From assembly GCF_022846255.1 (NCBI RefSeq), contig NZ_AP025682.1: 64,000 bases of DNA; one strand, given 5' to 3'. Both the position numbers and the translations under genes were made by a program. Every line of letters starts with the position of its first letter. The first letter of the stretch is position 1. The notes beneath the pieces were generated by a model. It was not told the DNA's origin. It saw nothing but the letters and a program-made list of their open reading frames with translations, and searched no databases. Shown in pieces: positions 25,628 to 35,104 of this stretch. This stretch comes from Escherichia coli (lineage in GTDB: Bacteria; Pseudomonadota; Gammaproteobacteria; Enterobacterales; Enterobacteriaceae).

Positions 25628-27130
25628 TTAATATGATAAATAATCATACAAGCATAAAAGTCGCCTGTATTGGGTATCAATTTTATGCCCTGGTTTTGTT
25701 AAATAATCTCGTAGTTGTTTCAATGAAATAGTATCGTTTAGTACGCAATACATAATCGTGTTAGCAACTTTATACTCTTTCGTTTCTTTTAGTATTTCAT
25801 CAATAGACACAGCCTCACTCTTACATGTTTTAATTCGAGAAAGGTTACCAATGATTTTATCTAGCTGCCGTTTTCTGTATGTCTCGGTATTTTCTAGTTC
25901 AGGGCAGATAGAACTAAAAGCGTATATTGGAAAGTGTTCGCTATTAGCTATGGTTTGCTTATTCAGTAATGCGATAAGCTGAGAGTTTGCTTCGTCAACT
26001 ATTTTAAAATAGTTCTGTATCATTTCAGATTTTGTTTGATAAACATATTGTACGGTTCTTTCTGAACCAACAGCAATGACCATTTCATCATTGCGAAGTT
26101 CATCTAAATTTTCTGTAATTTTAACCTTTATCTCACCACCACTTTTGATGGTACTCCAAACTTTTTGAACCTTTCTTATGTCCATTGCGGATACTGGCAA
26201 AACTAGTCCCGAGATGGCATCATATACAGCTTTGTAATTGTTTGTTTTTATTTTGTTTATTCTTATGATAGACATGCCTTCTATATCTATGTCATGCTCC
26301 GTAATTTCAGTTGACATGCTGTCTTTTTCGTATTCAACCAAAAGAAAATTATCTTTTATCCTTTTTGCAAGTTCGGTATTTAAGTCAACGTATGAGAATA
26401 TGGTTTTTAATAAGTACTTAATGTTTTTATCGCTAATACTATACCCTATAAATATGATAGGGTTGTGTATGAATATTGAGAGTAATTGAGCGCGAATTAA
26501 CTCATATTTATTGTCGAAGTTTGCGTAGTCTTCACCTGTGATAATTATGTTGTTAGGATCACTAACACAGCCATGTATTTTGTAAACTGAACCGTATGGG
26601 TTACTTAAAAGAATGTTATTACCAATCAGTGGGTTAAATTCGAAGATGTTCTCTACGAGTTGGTCGTAGTTTGTTGTAATGATGGAGCCTATGTTTTTTC
26701 TTGTTTTTATTAAGCTGTTTATTTCCTCCATCATTGACTCTTTTATCTTTAGGTCTTTAAGTATTGAAGTTAAATAAATTTTGAATCGACTTAGTTTTTT
26801 TCCTTTTTTCATGTGCTCATAGAAAACATCATTGATGTCTTTGAACTTACCGTTACGATCTTCTGCCAGCTTTTTATTAAAAATATCTTCAAGTTTTGTA
26901 GCTAAGATATCATATCGATAGTCGTCACCTTCTAGGCTTTCAGCTTTCAAATCGTAGTAAAACTCAGCATTACCGGTTAGTTCCATTGCGACACTCAAAA
27001 GAAGACCATCCCAGCTAAATGAGTTTTCTAGATACCGTAGGCTAAATCCTGTTCCAATGAATAGAACAGGGTGGTTTTTATAGTGACTTACAAACTCTTG
27101 GATTTCCATACCGATTCTCAAAGTTGACAC
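25628..27130 (-). CDS. SIR2-like domain protein (SIR2_2 / ThsA-type N-terminus, unknown C-terminal domain)
   Basis: 500 aa; LFIGTGFS, ITTNYDQLVE, KIHGCVSDPNNIIITGEDY and PIIFIGYSISDKN align by eye with the ThsA SIR2 motifs; GTG start with AGAGG Shine-Dalgarno (alternative ATG at 27109); AT-rich. Confidence 0.7.
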   Translation of the reverse strand: MSTLRIGMEIQEFVSHYKNHPVLFIGTGFSLRYLENSFSWDGLLLSVAMELTGNAEFYYDLKAESLEGDDYRYDILATKLEDIFNKKLAEDRNGKFKDINDVFYEHMKKGKKLSRFKIYLTSILKDLKIKESMMEEINSLIKTRKNIGSIITTNYDQLVENIFEFNPLIGNNILLSNPYGSVYKIHGCVSDPNNIIITGEDYANFDNKYELIRAQLLSIFIHNPIIFIGYSISDKNIKYLLKTIFSYVDLNTELAKRIKDNFLLVEYEKDSMSTEITEHDIDIEGMSIIRINKIKTNNYKAVYDAISGLVLPVSAMDIRKVQKVWSTIKSGGEIKVKITENLDELRNDEMVIAVGSERTVQYVYQTKSEMIQNYFKIVDEANSQLIALLNKQTIANSEHFPIYAFSSICPELENTETYRKRQLDKIIGNLSRIKTCKSEAVSIDEILKETKEYKVANTIMYCVLNDTISLKQLRDYLTKPGHKIDTQYRRLLCLYDYLSY

Positions 27131-27220
27131 GTAATACCTCTATAAAAACAAATAGCCGTAAAAATTCCAATAGCTTTTTGGATCTCGCCCGGTGTGTAAC
27201 CGGGCGTCTATGAAGAAGGG

Positions 27221-27769
27221 TTAAATCAGTGCTTCAGCATCAGCACCTTCGCTGATATCGTCGAAATCGTCAGCGCTTGCCACTCCGCCGCCAGCGAATG
27301 CATCGCCGTCTCGCAGGAACTGGACTCCGCCGAGTGAGGCATTAATGCGTTTACCGAAATTATTGTCCTGTGCCCAGATATCGATAACGGCGTTTACATA
27401 GCACCCTGCATAGGGACGTCCATCAGCCTGAATTAGTGGCGAACGATCGCGATCAAGAACAGCTGGGCGCGCTTTGTTAGCAGCGTTCAGGAAGAAATTG
27501 CCGGGAAAACCTTCATACTCTGCTTTTTCATCACCATCATGCAGGCACAGATTGAGTTTTTTCTCCAGCTGGTTATAAATGGACTCCCACTTCTCCCCCC
27601 ATTTTTCCTTCGCTACCTGCTTCATAGCTTTACGGATTTCTTCCAGTTGTGGGTGTTTGGGAGACATTAAAAATACTGCGGAGAAACGCGGATCGCCTTC
27701 GCCGTTTACAGTTTTAGCTTCAAACAGAGACGGGAAGGCCAGACGAACATTGTTCAACTTCAGTTTCAT
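27221..27769 (-). CDS. DUF2815-like phage protein (putative ssDNA-binding)
   Basis: 182 aa; MKLKLNNVRLAFPSLFEAK N-terminus typical of this family. Confidence 0.55.
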   Translation of the reverse strand: MKLKLNNVRLAFPSLFEAKTVNGEGDPRFSAVFLMSPKHPQLEEIRKAMKQVAKEKWGEKWESIYNQLEKKLNLCLHDGDEKAEYEGFPGNFFLNAANKARPAVLDRDRSPLIQADGRPYAGCYVNAVIDIWAQDNNFGKRINASLGGVQFLRDGDAFAGGGVASADDFDDISEGADAEALI

Positions 27770-27784
27770 GGGTATTTCCTTAAA

Positions 27785-29086
27785 TCAGATGAGGTCTGCG
27801 GTTAGCGTATCGTCGGATACGTCGTCGAAATCATTTACAGGGTTGATATTGAGTGCGGGGCGTGGGTCTGACTCGGGAACGACGGTGGGTTTACCATCAG
27901 CTCGTGTTATCAGTGCCTCGACTTTTGACCAACGGCGCGGACTGGCCTTTTTGATAAGTTTTTCGGCTTTTGTGGGACTAATAAGTTTAAAGTCGAATAC
28001 TTCTTCAGTTTTGTACCTGAACTGGTCCTTCAGAAGTGCGCGAGCTGCCTCTTCATCACTCCAGGCCCGGTTACCTTGTTTTCCTGTTACCAGTTTAAAC
28101 CCCGGTACCGAATGTCCGGCATTGAGTTCATTGTGAACCCGGTCCCGTACTTCCTTTAGCCAGGATTCAATAAAGTCGGCCTGGCTATAGATCTCCGCAA
28201 GCTGCTCAATGGTTAACAGAGGTACACGTGCGCTGGCATTGGTGATTATTTCGCTGACAGGCTTTGTCAGATCTTCAAAGTCGCTGGCCGCTGTTTGTAA
28301 ATGCTGCATTTTCTGGGCAGTGCAAATAGCTTTTGCTTTACAGAAGCGGCACTGTTTTTCTCCAGGTATGAATTTTTCCAGCGGTAGTGTCTCAATGCCT
28401 TCGCATTCAGCAATATTGAGAACAAGCATCGCACTGGTTGCGGCCTCCTGTGCCCGTTCACCGAAAGACTGAAGTTCCTGCACGGTTAACGACCATTCTG
28501 AAACGTGGTTGAGCCTTGGCTGGTGAATAAATAATCTTACAGTCTCAAAGTCATACAGCATGCTGAATTGTTCGAGCGCACCCAGAGCATACAGTTGTAG
28601 TTGCTCATTTTGTTCTGCATCAATGCGGACGCCTTTGCCATATTTCAGGTCGTGGATTTGTAATTCGTTACCAGCGATGATTATGCCGTCGGCAGTTCCG
28701 AAAGATTCTTCCACACCCGTTATATGTGAGAAATCAACACGTTGTTCAACCAATAGTTCATTATTCTTTGCAAGAGTCCAGACCGTATCAACATACCGGC
28801 CGACGGCTTCGACCATTTCATCATCCACCTGTGGGCCAGATGTATCATCAGGATTTTCGCGAAGGGGGTATGAGCCGAGAAACATAGAAACATTGCATCC
28901 GGCGTAGTGTTCCGGGTGGCTTTGCCTGTTTCGTAGAACTTTTTCAGCAAGCGCGTGCGCTGCAGTGCCCTCGATTGCAAAAGTTGTTTCTTTATCCGGT
29001 TGTGTGGCCTCCAGCGCCAGACTTCCTGGGCAGCGCATCCATCGATGCGCTGATGATGGAGAAAGTTGTGCATGAACGTCTGGCAT
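27785..29086 (-). CDS. DUF2800-like PD-(D/E)XK nuclease with C-terminal cysteine cluster
   Basis: 433 aa; [15 protein letters not shown]-terminus and C-terminal [10 protein letters not shown] cluster. Confidence 0.55.
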   Translation of the reverse strand: MPDVHAQLSPSSAHRWMRCPGSLALEATQPDKETTFAIEGTAAHALAEKVLRNRQSHPEHYAGCNVSMFLGSYPLRENPDDTSGPQVDDEMVEAVGRYVDTVWTLAKNNELLVEQRVDFSHITGVEESFGTADGIIIAGNELQIHDLKYGKGVRIDAEQNEQLQLYALGALEQFSMLYDFETVRLFIHQPRLNHVSEWSLTVQELQSFGERAQEAATSAMLVLNIAECEGIETLPLEKFIPGEKQCRFCKAKAICTAQKMQHLQTAASDFEDLTKPVSEIITNASARVPLLTIEQLAEIYSQADFIESWLKEVRDRVHNELNAGHSVPGFKLVTGKQGNRAWSDEEAARALLKDQFRYKTEEVFDFKLISPTKAEKLIKKASPRRWSKVEALITRADGKPTVVPESDPRPALNINPVNDFDDVSDDTLTADLI

Positions 29087-29088
29087 GA

Positions 29089-29991
29089 TTAACCCTCCAG
29101 TGCTTTTTCAGCCAGGGTGATTACTTCAGCGAGATTTTCATCCGTTACTTCACCAAGTTTCCTGGCTCCCTGTTTTTCCAGAATTGCAATAGCTTCTGCC
29201 CGGTAACCCCCTTTTGCTAACTGGAGGATCAACCCTTCAGCTTGTTTGCGTAGTGCCGCGAAATCAATTGTATGGTCATCTTTGGCGTCATTATTCTGGC
29301 TGGAATTTGCTGCGTCTCTGCGTGCAAATTCTTCCTGCAGCTGAAGGTACTCAACACGGTTGATCTCGATATGGCCTTTTTTCAGCATCTCGTTCAACTT
29401 GCGTAAGGTGTGGAGTTCACTGGCTGCTGTGCCGGATACATTTTTGACGTAAAACGGCCCCGTGCGTTCTCCATCTTTGTTACTGGCCTTTTTCGGCTTA
29501 ACTTCATCACGCCCATCCGCAGGTGCATCAAGTAGCTGCTCGGCAAAAGCACGTCGCTCGCCGATGGTTGGCAGGTCGTCCCAGAACTTAAGGATGTTAC
29601 GGGACAGGTCCAGGAGAGCAGGTTTAAGCAGCGCCCTGGCTCGTTTGACGCCCTGCAATGCGCTGTCGAGAGCATCAATCTGAACTACTCGTTTATCGCC
29701 TTCAGCATCACGGTAGGCAACAGCACGTTGCAGCATGTCTTCTGTGATAGGGGTGGCTACCGGGTAGAAACCCGCCAGTGCGATAACGTCGCTGAACTCC
29801 AGATCATCCAGTGTCATTGCCGCTGACATATTTTCAGTTTCAGTTGCTGTATCCCGACATTCCTGCACTCGTGAAATCGTGTCAGGATGCATAACAATGC
29901 CTGATGCCATTGTGCGGATAAGACGTTCAAGCAGCGCATTATGTTGTGCCAGAAGTTGATTATTAAGTTCTAGACTGGTTTCTAAACTCAT
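29089..29991 (-). CDS. hypothetical phage early protein
   Basis: 300-aa ORF translationally coupled to its neighbours. Confidence 0.5.
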   Translation of the reverse strand: MSLETSLELNNQLLAQHNALLERLIRTMASGIVMHPDTISRVQECRDTATETENMSAAMTLDDLEFSDVIALAGFYPVATPITEDMLQRAVAYRDAEGDKRVVQIDALDSALQGVKRARALLKPALLDLSRNILKFWDDLPTIGERRAFAEQLLDAPADGRDEVKPKKASNKDGERTGPFYVKNVSGTAASELHTLRKLNEMLKKGHIEINRVEYLQLQEEFARRDAANSSQNNDAKDDHTIDFAALRKQAEGLILQLAKGGYRAEAIAILEKQGARKLGEVTDENLAEVITLAEKALEG

Positions 29992-30158
29992 ACTGTGGTC
30001 CTCGCTACAAGGAGAATGAAAGTGATGATCAGACCGAGCGCAGTGGCAACGGCCAGACCGGTCATCAAATCGAAGTTTTTACGGCGATAACGGAGAACAT
30101 CGCGCCCCGTCAGTCGATGGATGTGTTCAGGTTTCATCGGTTGTATTCCTTTTTTCAT
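29988..30158 (-). CDS. small membrane protein (hypothetical)
   Basis: About 56 aa from the internal ATG, C-terminal hydrophobic helix; start uncertain. Confidence 0.3.
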   Translation of the reverse strand: MKKGIQPMKPEHIHRLTGRDVLRYRRKNFDLMTGLAVATALGLIITFILLVARTTV

Positions 30159-30253
30159 ATCGGGGAGCACGCTGTTGCGAGTGCGCTTTCAGACATAAAA
30201 AAGCCCGTCACTTGAGGCGGGCAAAGACTACACACAGCAATTACATGGATGAT

Positions 30254-30448
30254 TCAGTTGGTATTGTGCGTACGTGGTACCACAAGGTTGAAGCGGACAC
30301 GCCAGTGCGTTGCAATGGTATGCAGGAAAGCACCACATCCAGGGCAGTGCTCATAACATTCGTTGATTTGGTATCGTTTTGGCTTTGGTGTCAGAAGCTG
30401 TGTTTGGCAAGCAGGGCATTCACCTTTGAGCGGTTTATACGTTTTCAC
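30254..30448 (-). CDS. zinc-ribbon protein (hypothetical)
   Basis: 64 aa with CPAC...CPGC; GTG start with GAGGA Shine-Dalgarno. Confidence 0.4.
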   Translation of the reverse strand: MKTYKPLKGECPACQTQLLTPKPKRYQINECYEHCPGCGAFLHTIATHWRVRFNLVVPRTHNTN

Positions 30449-30720
30449 GCCGTTTCCTCATTCAGTTCACTTTGGTGGTTCGGCGGCTTCGACTTGTATC
30501 AGTAGACAGTGCTTCGCCGCACCCCAAAGGGAACTTACTGACCCGTATTGCCGACATCCTGTCCCGCCACGGTCCCGACGCATGGTTTAGAGTCGCGCCG
30601 TTCGACTTGTGGTTTAAATATCTGTGTATAGATATCTTAACTTTACGCGTATAGTTAAGACTTCTAAACTCACAAAGTCAAGTGTTGAGGTTAAGAAAAG
30701 TGAACTTTTTCGGATAGGTA

Positions 30721-30746
30721 AAGAAAAGCCCGCTTAGGAAGCGGGC
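30721..30746 (-). terminator. rho-independent terminator after the repressor gene
   Basis: GCCCGCTT / AAGCGGGC stem with loop AGG, followed on the minus strand by UUUUCUU. Confidence 0.55.
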
Positions 30747-30770
30747 ATGTGGTATAGAGTGAATTTACGC

Positions 30771-31463
30771 TCAGAGCAGAACGGAGTACCAAAATACTTG
30801 GCCTATAATCCTGATTTTATTAGCCTCTTGATTAAAATACTCTTCGTCTGCGTATTCATCCCTATTGAAAGAGCGTATCCGGAGTCCGCTTGGGAGACGG
30901 TACAATAGTTTGACACGAAGTAATCCGTCTTGGTCTATGGCGTACATTTGACCATCTTTTACACCTGTTTTTGATGTATCTATGCCGACGACAGCGCCAT
31001 CCGGTAATACCGGTTCCATGCTGTTGCCGTGGATGCTGACACAAGCCGCACAATTTACGTCAACACCTGCTTTGCGCAACGTTGAACGGGCGAATCTTAA
31101 CTTACATCCCATTCGATCTATATCAACATAAGTACCATTACCGGCAGATAGCTCAATTTCCTGATAGAACGGTATTTCCACTTCATCATCCTCTAATGGC
31201 GTTGATGAGTCCCATACAGAAAACCCTCCCTCAACTTGTGCATTAGAATGTATTTCTTTGGTATCGCTTGTTTTGCCTGAAAGTAGCCACTCTGGAGAAA
31301 CGTTCAATGCTTCGGCCAGATTTATAAGATTTTTCCCGTTAGGTGTGGTGTTTCCGGATTCCCATTGTGAAATCGTGGCTTTAGTTAGACCAATACGTTT
31401 AGCAAGCGCATCCTGCGTTAGGTGGACATTGCGACGAGCCTCGCGAATACGATCATTAATCAT
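30771..31463 (-). CDS. CI-like repressor (HTH plus S24 LexA-like peptidase)
   Basis: 230 aa; N-terminal helix-turn-helix (LTQDALAKRIGLTKATISQWESG) and C-terminal S24 fold; divergent from a cro-like gene. Confidence 0.85.
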   Translation of the reverse strand: MINDRIREARRNVHLTQDALAKRIGLTKATISQWESGNTTPNGKNLINLAEALNVSPEWLLSGKTSDTKEIHSNAQVEGGFSVWDSSTPLEDDEVEIPFYQEIELSAGNGTYVDIDRMGCKLRFARSTLRKAGVDVNCAACVSIHGNSMEPVLPDGAVVGIDTSKTGVKDGQMYAIDQDGLLRVKLLYRLPSGLRIRSFNRDEYADEEYFNQEANKIRIIGQVFWYSVLL

Positions 31464-31471
31464 GGTTTTAC

Positions 31472-31553
31472 CCTCATATAGTTTAGTTAGCTTAACTTAA
31501 TCAGGGTATCGCTTTCTTGACTTGTTGGTTTAGTTTTCTTAACCTCATATAAC
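31472..31553. promoter_or_regulatory. immunity-region operator/promoter segment
   Basis: Repeated CCTCATATA, GTTTAGTT and CTTAAC motifs in two mirrored arrays; candidate rightward promoter TTGGTT (31525..31530), 17 bp, TATAAC (31548..31553). Confidence 0.4.
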
Positions 31554-31576
31554 CATATATTTCCTGGGTAACGGTT

Positions 31577-31762
31577 ATGAAAAAAGCAGAAGCAATTGAG
31601 CTTGCAGGAAGTAAAGCGAAACTAGCGAGACTATTGAAGGTTTCCAAAGGAGCCGTATCTCAATGGGGGGAGGAAATCCCAGAGTTAAGAGCTCTTCAAC
31701 TTGAAAAGATTTTGGAGCAAAAAAATGTAGTCAAACAAAAAGGCTTAACCCATGTCCGATAG
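31577..31762 (+). CDS. Cro-like helix-turn-helix regulator
   Basis: 61 aa; LAGSKAKLARLLKVSKGAVSQW helix-turn-helix. Confidence 0.65.
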   Translation: MKKAEAIELAGSKAKLARLLKVSKGAVSQWGEEIPELRALQLEKILEQKNVVKQKGLTHVR

Positions 31763-33938
31763 CAAACCATGGGGAGCTACGCCTGATGAGTGGTTTCATT
31801 TTGACCTGGTATTGGGGAGAACTGATCATCTTCTGCCAGTTGTATGTAACCCCGGTGCGACCATATCCCCTGATAGTAAACTGAAAGCGTTGGGTAAGAC
31901 GCCGAGTCGCTATAACCGGGACCGCCAGGTCACCGGTATTGCTCAATGGACCGGGCATGTTGTTACTGAGCATGATTTTGCCCGCTGGTCGAATGAACCG
32001 GATTATGGCATCTGCGTGCGTACAGGCCATGGCTGGCTGGCGCTGGACTGTGATAGCGAAGATGAAGACATTCAGGCAGATATTCGTAAAACGCTTGTGC
32101 AACTTCTGGGTGAGTTGCCGCCGCGACGCTGGCGAGCAAACAGTAATAAGTGTCTGTATCTGCTGGCCGTTGATGGTGATTTCCGTAAGCGTATCCATCG
32201 CCTGGCGGGGGATATGGGCATTATCGAGTTGCTGGCGAACGGGCAGCAGTTCGTTGCCTGCGGTACGCACAGCAGCGGCGCGCGTATTGAATGGGACGGC
32301 GGTTTGCCGGATGAACCTCCGGCTATTACTGGTGAGCAGCTTGAAACGCTGTGGCAGCGCCTGGCTGAACAACTCCCTGTGTCGGTAACCACCGAAGCGG
32401 GCAACACGAAGATGCGCGACCGATCAGCATTCACGCCCGGCGCGACGGATGATACAGCTGAATATCTTGATGCCAATGGCTGGACGCTGCTGGATGGCGC
32501 AAATGGTGAACGATATATCCGCTGTCCGTTTGAAGACGGCCACAGTAGCGGGGGCGATCCAACAAGCACAGTTTATTTTCCTGCGGGAACCGCGGGCTTT
32601 GAGCAGGGGCATTTTAAATGCCTGCATGCCAGTTGTGCGCATCGTGATGACGGAGATTTCCTTAATGCCATCGGGATCCGCAACGACGATTTCGAAGATC
32701 TGACCAGCACCGAAGTGGCGGAACCTTTACCGCTGCCTGCTTTCGAGCGTGATAAATGGGGGCGTATCGAGGCAACCATCAGCAACGCAGCAAAAGCAGT
32801 AGTACGCCCTGATTTTGTGGACATCGATATTCGCTTTGACCAGTTCCGCGACGAAATCATGTTTGCCCCTGCAGGATCCGGACAATGGCGGGCATTCACC
32901 GATGCGGATTATGCGCGCCTGCGCATCACGATGGAAAAGCGGGGATTTAAACCTGTTGGTCGTGAACTTATTCGCGATGTGGTGTTACTTGCAGCCGATG
33001 AACAACCATTCGATTCAGCGATCACCTGGCTGAACGGACTGGAGTGGGATGGCGTGCCGCGCATCGAATGTTTCTACCATACGCACTTCGGTACAGCCGA
33101 CACGCCTTATACCCGTGCGGTGTCTATGTACATGTGGACCGCGTTGGCGGGGCGAGTACTGGAGCCAGGCATCAAAGCGGATATGGTGCCGATCCTCGTT
33201 GGTCCGCAGGGCTGCGGTAAGTCTTCCGGAGTAGAGGCACTGAGCCCTGATCCTGCGTTTTTTACTGAAATCTCTTTTGCCGAAAAAGACGATGATCTCG
33301 CTCGAAAAATGCGTGGTCGGCTGGTGGCAGAGATTGGTGAACTGCGCGGACTTAATACCAAAGAGCTGGAGTCAATCAAAGCGTTTGTGACGCGTACTCA
33401 CGAAAACTGGATCCCGAAATACCGGGAGTTCGCCACCCAGTTTCCTCGTCGCCTGGTGTTCGTTGGTACCACCAATGAGGACGAATTCCTTGCGGACAAG
33501 ACTGGTAACCGTCGCTGGCTCCCCGTGGAAGTGTCGAAAGTCGACGTGAAAGCGATAAAAAGAGATCTCCTTTTACTTTGGGCTGAGGCTCGTGAGGTGT
33601 TTCAGCGTCTGGGGGGTATCCAGTTCCGTGAGGCTGAACAACTGGCAGCGAGTGTCCATGAACAGTACACCATCAAGGATGCTTGGCTTGAAACGGTAGA
33701 GAAATGGCTCGACACGCCAGACCTGATGACTAATGAACTTCCGCGAAATTGCGAATTTTTACGCGCAAGTGATGTTTTGCGTGATGCGATTGGGCTAAAT
33801 CCTGACCGCATCGGAAAACGCGAAGAAATGCGAATTAGTAATGTTTTGCAAAATTGCGGGTATAAGCGTGCCCAAAGGCGAATTGGGGGGAAAAAATGCA
33901 AGGTTTGGGAACCGCTGGAACCACGCGGAACCACCTAA
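31752..33938 (+). CDS. primase / replicative NTPase (bifunctional primase-polymerase N-terminus, P4/VirE-type C-terminus)
   Basis: 728 aa; Walker A GPQGCGKSSG in the C-terminal half. Confidence 0.75.
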   Translation: MSDSKPWGATPDEWFHFDLVLGRTDHLLPVVCNPGATISPDSKLKALGKTPSRYNRDRQVTGIAQWTGHVVTEHDFARWSNEPDYGICVRTGHGWLALDCDSEDEDIQADIRKTLVQLLGELPPRRWRANSNKCLYLLAVDGDFRKRIHRLAGDMGIIELLANGQQFVACGTHSSGARIEWDGGLPDEPPAITGEQLETLWQRLAEQLPVSVTTEAGNTKMRDRSAFTPGATDDTAEYLDANGWTLLDGANGERYIRCPFEDGHSSGGDPTSTVYFPAGTAGFEQGHFKCLHASCAHRDDGDFLNAIGIRNDDFEDLTSTEVAEPLPLPAFERDKWGRIEATISNAAKAVVRPDFVDIDIRFDQFRDEIMFAPAGSGQWRAFTDADYARLRITMEKRGFKPVGRELIRDVVLLAADEQPFDSAITWLNGLEWDGVPRIECFYHTHFGTADTPYTRAVSMYMWTALAGRVLEPGIKADMVPILVGPQGCGKSSGVEALSPDPAFFTEISFAEKDDDLARKMRGRLVAEIGELRGLNTKELESIKAFVTRTHENWIPKYREFATQFPRRLVFVGTTNEDEFLADKTGNRRWLPVEVSKVDVKAIKRDLLLLWAEAREVFQRLGGIQFREAEQLAASVHEQYTIKDAWLETVEKWLDTPDLMTNELPRNCEFLRASDVLRDAIGLNPDRIGKREEMRISNVLQNCGYKRAQRRIGGKKCKVWEPLEPRGTT

Positions 33939-34086
33939 AAGAGAAGGTGGTTCCACCTTGCAGACCTTGTGGCAAGCGGGGCGGAACCACTGGAACCACC
34001 TTTCTACTAGAAACCCCATATATATATATAAGTCGATTGAGGGAAAGGTTAGGAAAAGGTGGTTCCAGGTGGGGGCAGGTGGTTCC
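33908..34086. repeat. iteron cluster with central (AT)6 tract; candidate replication origin
   Basis: GGAACC(A/G)C direct copies at 33908, 33917, 33927, 33983, 33992; inverted GGTGGTTCC at 33946, 34058, 34078; ATATATATATATA at 34018..34030. Confidence 0.55.
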
Positions 34087-34217
34087 ACTCCGCATTAGCA
34101 ACTTTTTGCATGTTGATACATGCAATATGCGAATCGGAACTGCGTTATCCACACCCACGGATAAACAGACGTGGTTCTCAGAAAATTTTTTCGTAGCAAA
34201 ACGTAGAGGTCAGAGCT

Positions 34218-34640
34218 ATGCGTAATATTCAACAGGTTTTAGAGCGCTGGGGTGGCTGGGCAGCGAGTGAAGGTGGTAGCGTCTACTTTCCTCCTGTTGC
34301 AGCCGGGTTTAAGAATCTGCTACCCGCGACGCAGTCTGGAAGGCTGAAATGCAGTGACAATGACGGTCTTATCATCAACTCCGCTATGAGCTGCCTGAAG
34401 AAAAAAGATCCGTATCTGTGCACGCTCCTTGAGTGGCATTACGTCCAGGCCATGCCCGTGCGGGCGATGGGTGAGAAGCTCGGCGTATCTCACACCCACG
34501 TTCTGAAGAGGCTTCAGGCGGCAGAGGGATTTATTGACGGTTGCTTAGCCATGCTGGATGTGGTGCTCGAAATGGATCAGTCGGTTCAGTCAAAGCCTCA
34601 GGCGATCAGGACTTTGCGTAGGAGCTGCTCGGCGGCATAA
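34218..34640 (+). CDS. late-gene antiterminator Q (QuuQ-like)
   Basis: 140 aa; MRNIQQVLERWGGWAA... resembles lambdoid Q as recalled; lies upstream of the lysis cassette. Confidence 0.75.
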   Translation: MRNIQQVLERWGGWAASEGGSVYFPPVAAGFKNLLPATQSGRLKCSDNDGLIINSAMSCLKKKDPYLCTLLEWHYVQAMPVRAMGEKLGVSHTHVLKRLQAAEGFIDGCLAMLDVVLEMDQSVQSKPQAIRTLRRSCSAA

Positions 34641-34671
34641 TATCCAGCAATCAATCACGTAAGGGAACCAG

Positions 34672-35013
34672 ATGGCTCTGATCAGCGTTCGCAACAGATT
34701 TGAAAGCTTCATGGAACAGAGGTACCCAGACCTGTCGTTGCAGGTCAAAGGTAATATTAGCGCATCAATGAAGGCTCAACTTGGCATCAGGATTGAACGA
34801 GAATTGTACAGTGAAGATGTTACTTACTGTGATTCAGCAGTTCAGTTGATGTGGACACTCTTTCAGGCAGGTGTTCTGGCCGAACGAAGAGCTACCAGCG
34901 TTACGCTTCCTGCGCTGAAGGCAAAGCCGGATAGCTTATACGATGCGGGTTATAACGAAGGTATTCAGGACTGTCGTAAACATCTGACGGCATCAGGCAT
35001 CAAGGTAAGATAA
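34672..35013 (+). CDS. hypothetical protein between Q and the lysis cassette
   Basis: 113-aa ORF followed by a terminator at 35080..35104. Confidence 0.45.
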   Translation: MALISVRNRFESFMEQRYPDLSLQVKGNISASMKAQLGIRIERELYSEDVTYCDSAVQLMWTLFQAGVLAERRATSVTLPALKAKPDSLYDAGYNEGIQDCRKHLTASGIKVR

Positions 35014-35079
35014 AAAATAGTTGTGGAATTCCAAAAAGCCGATTAGCCTGATATCCGTTGAAAACAGTTCATCACGAAG

Positions 35080-35104
35080 AGGCTTCCGCAAGGGGGCCTT
35101 TTTT
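35080..35104 (+). terminator. rho-independent terminator
   Basis: AGGCTTCC / GGGGGCCT stem with two G-U pairs and a GCAA tetraloop, then T5. Confidence 0.55.

Noticed and set aside
25628-27130. Canonical ThsA (SIR2 plus SLOG) assignment for the SIR2-like protein
   Set aside because: Only the N-terminal SIR2 motifs align with ThsA; the C-terminal half shows no glycine-rich SLOG-like motifs, so it is reported as SIR2-like with an unknown C-terminal domain.
33841-34225. 85-aa and 109-aa ORFs across the iteron region
   Set aside because: The reading frames are created by the GGAACCAC/GGTGGTTCC repeats and the (AT)6 tract; the region is better explained as an origin-like non-coding element.
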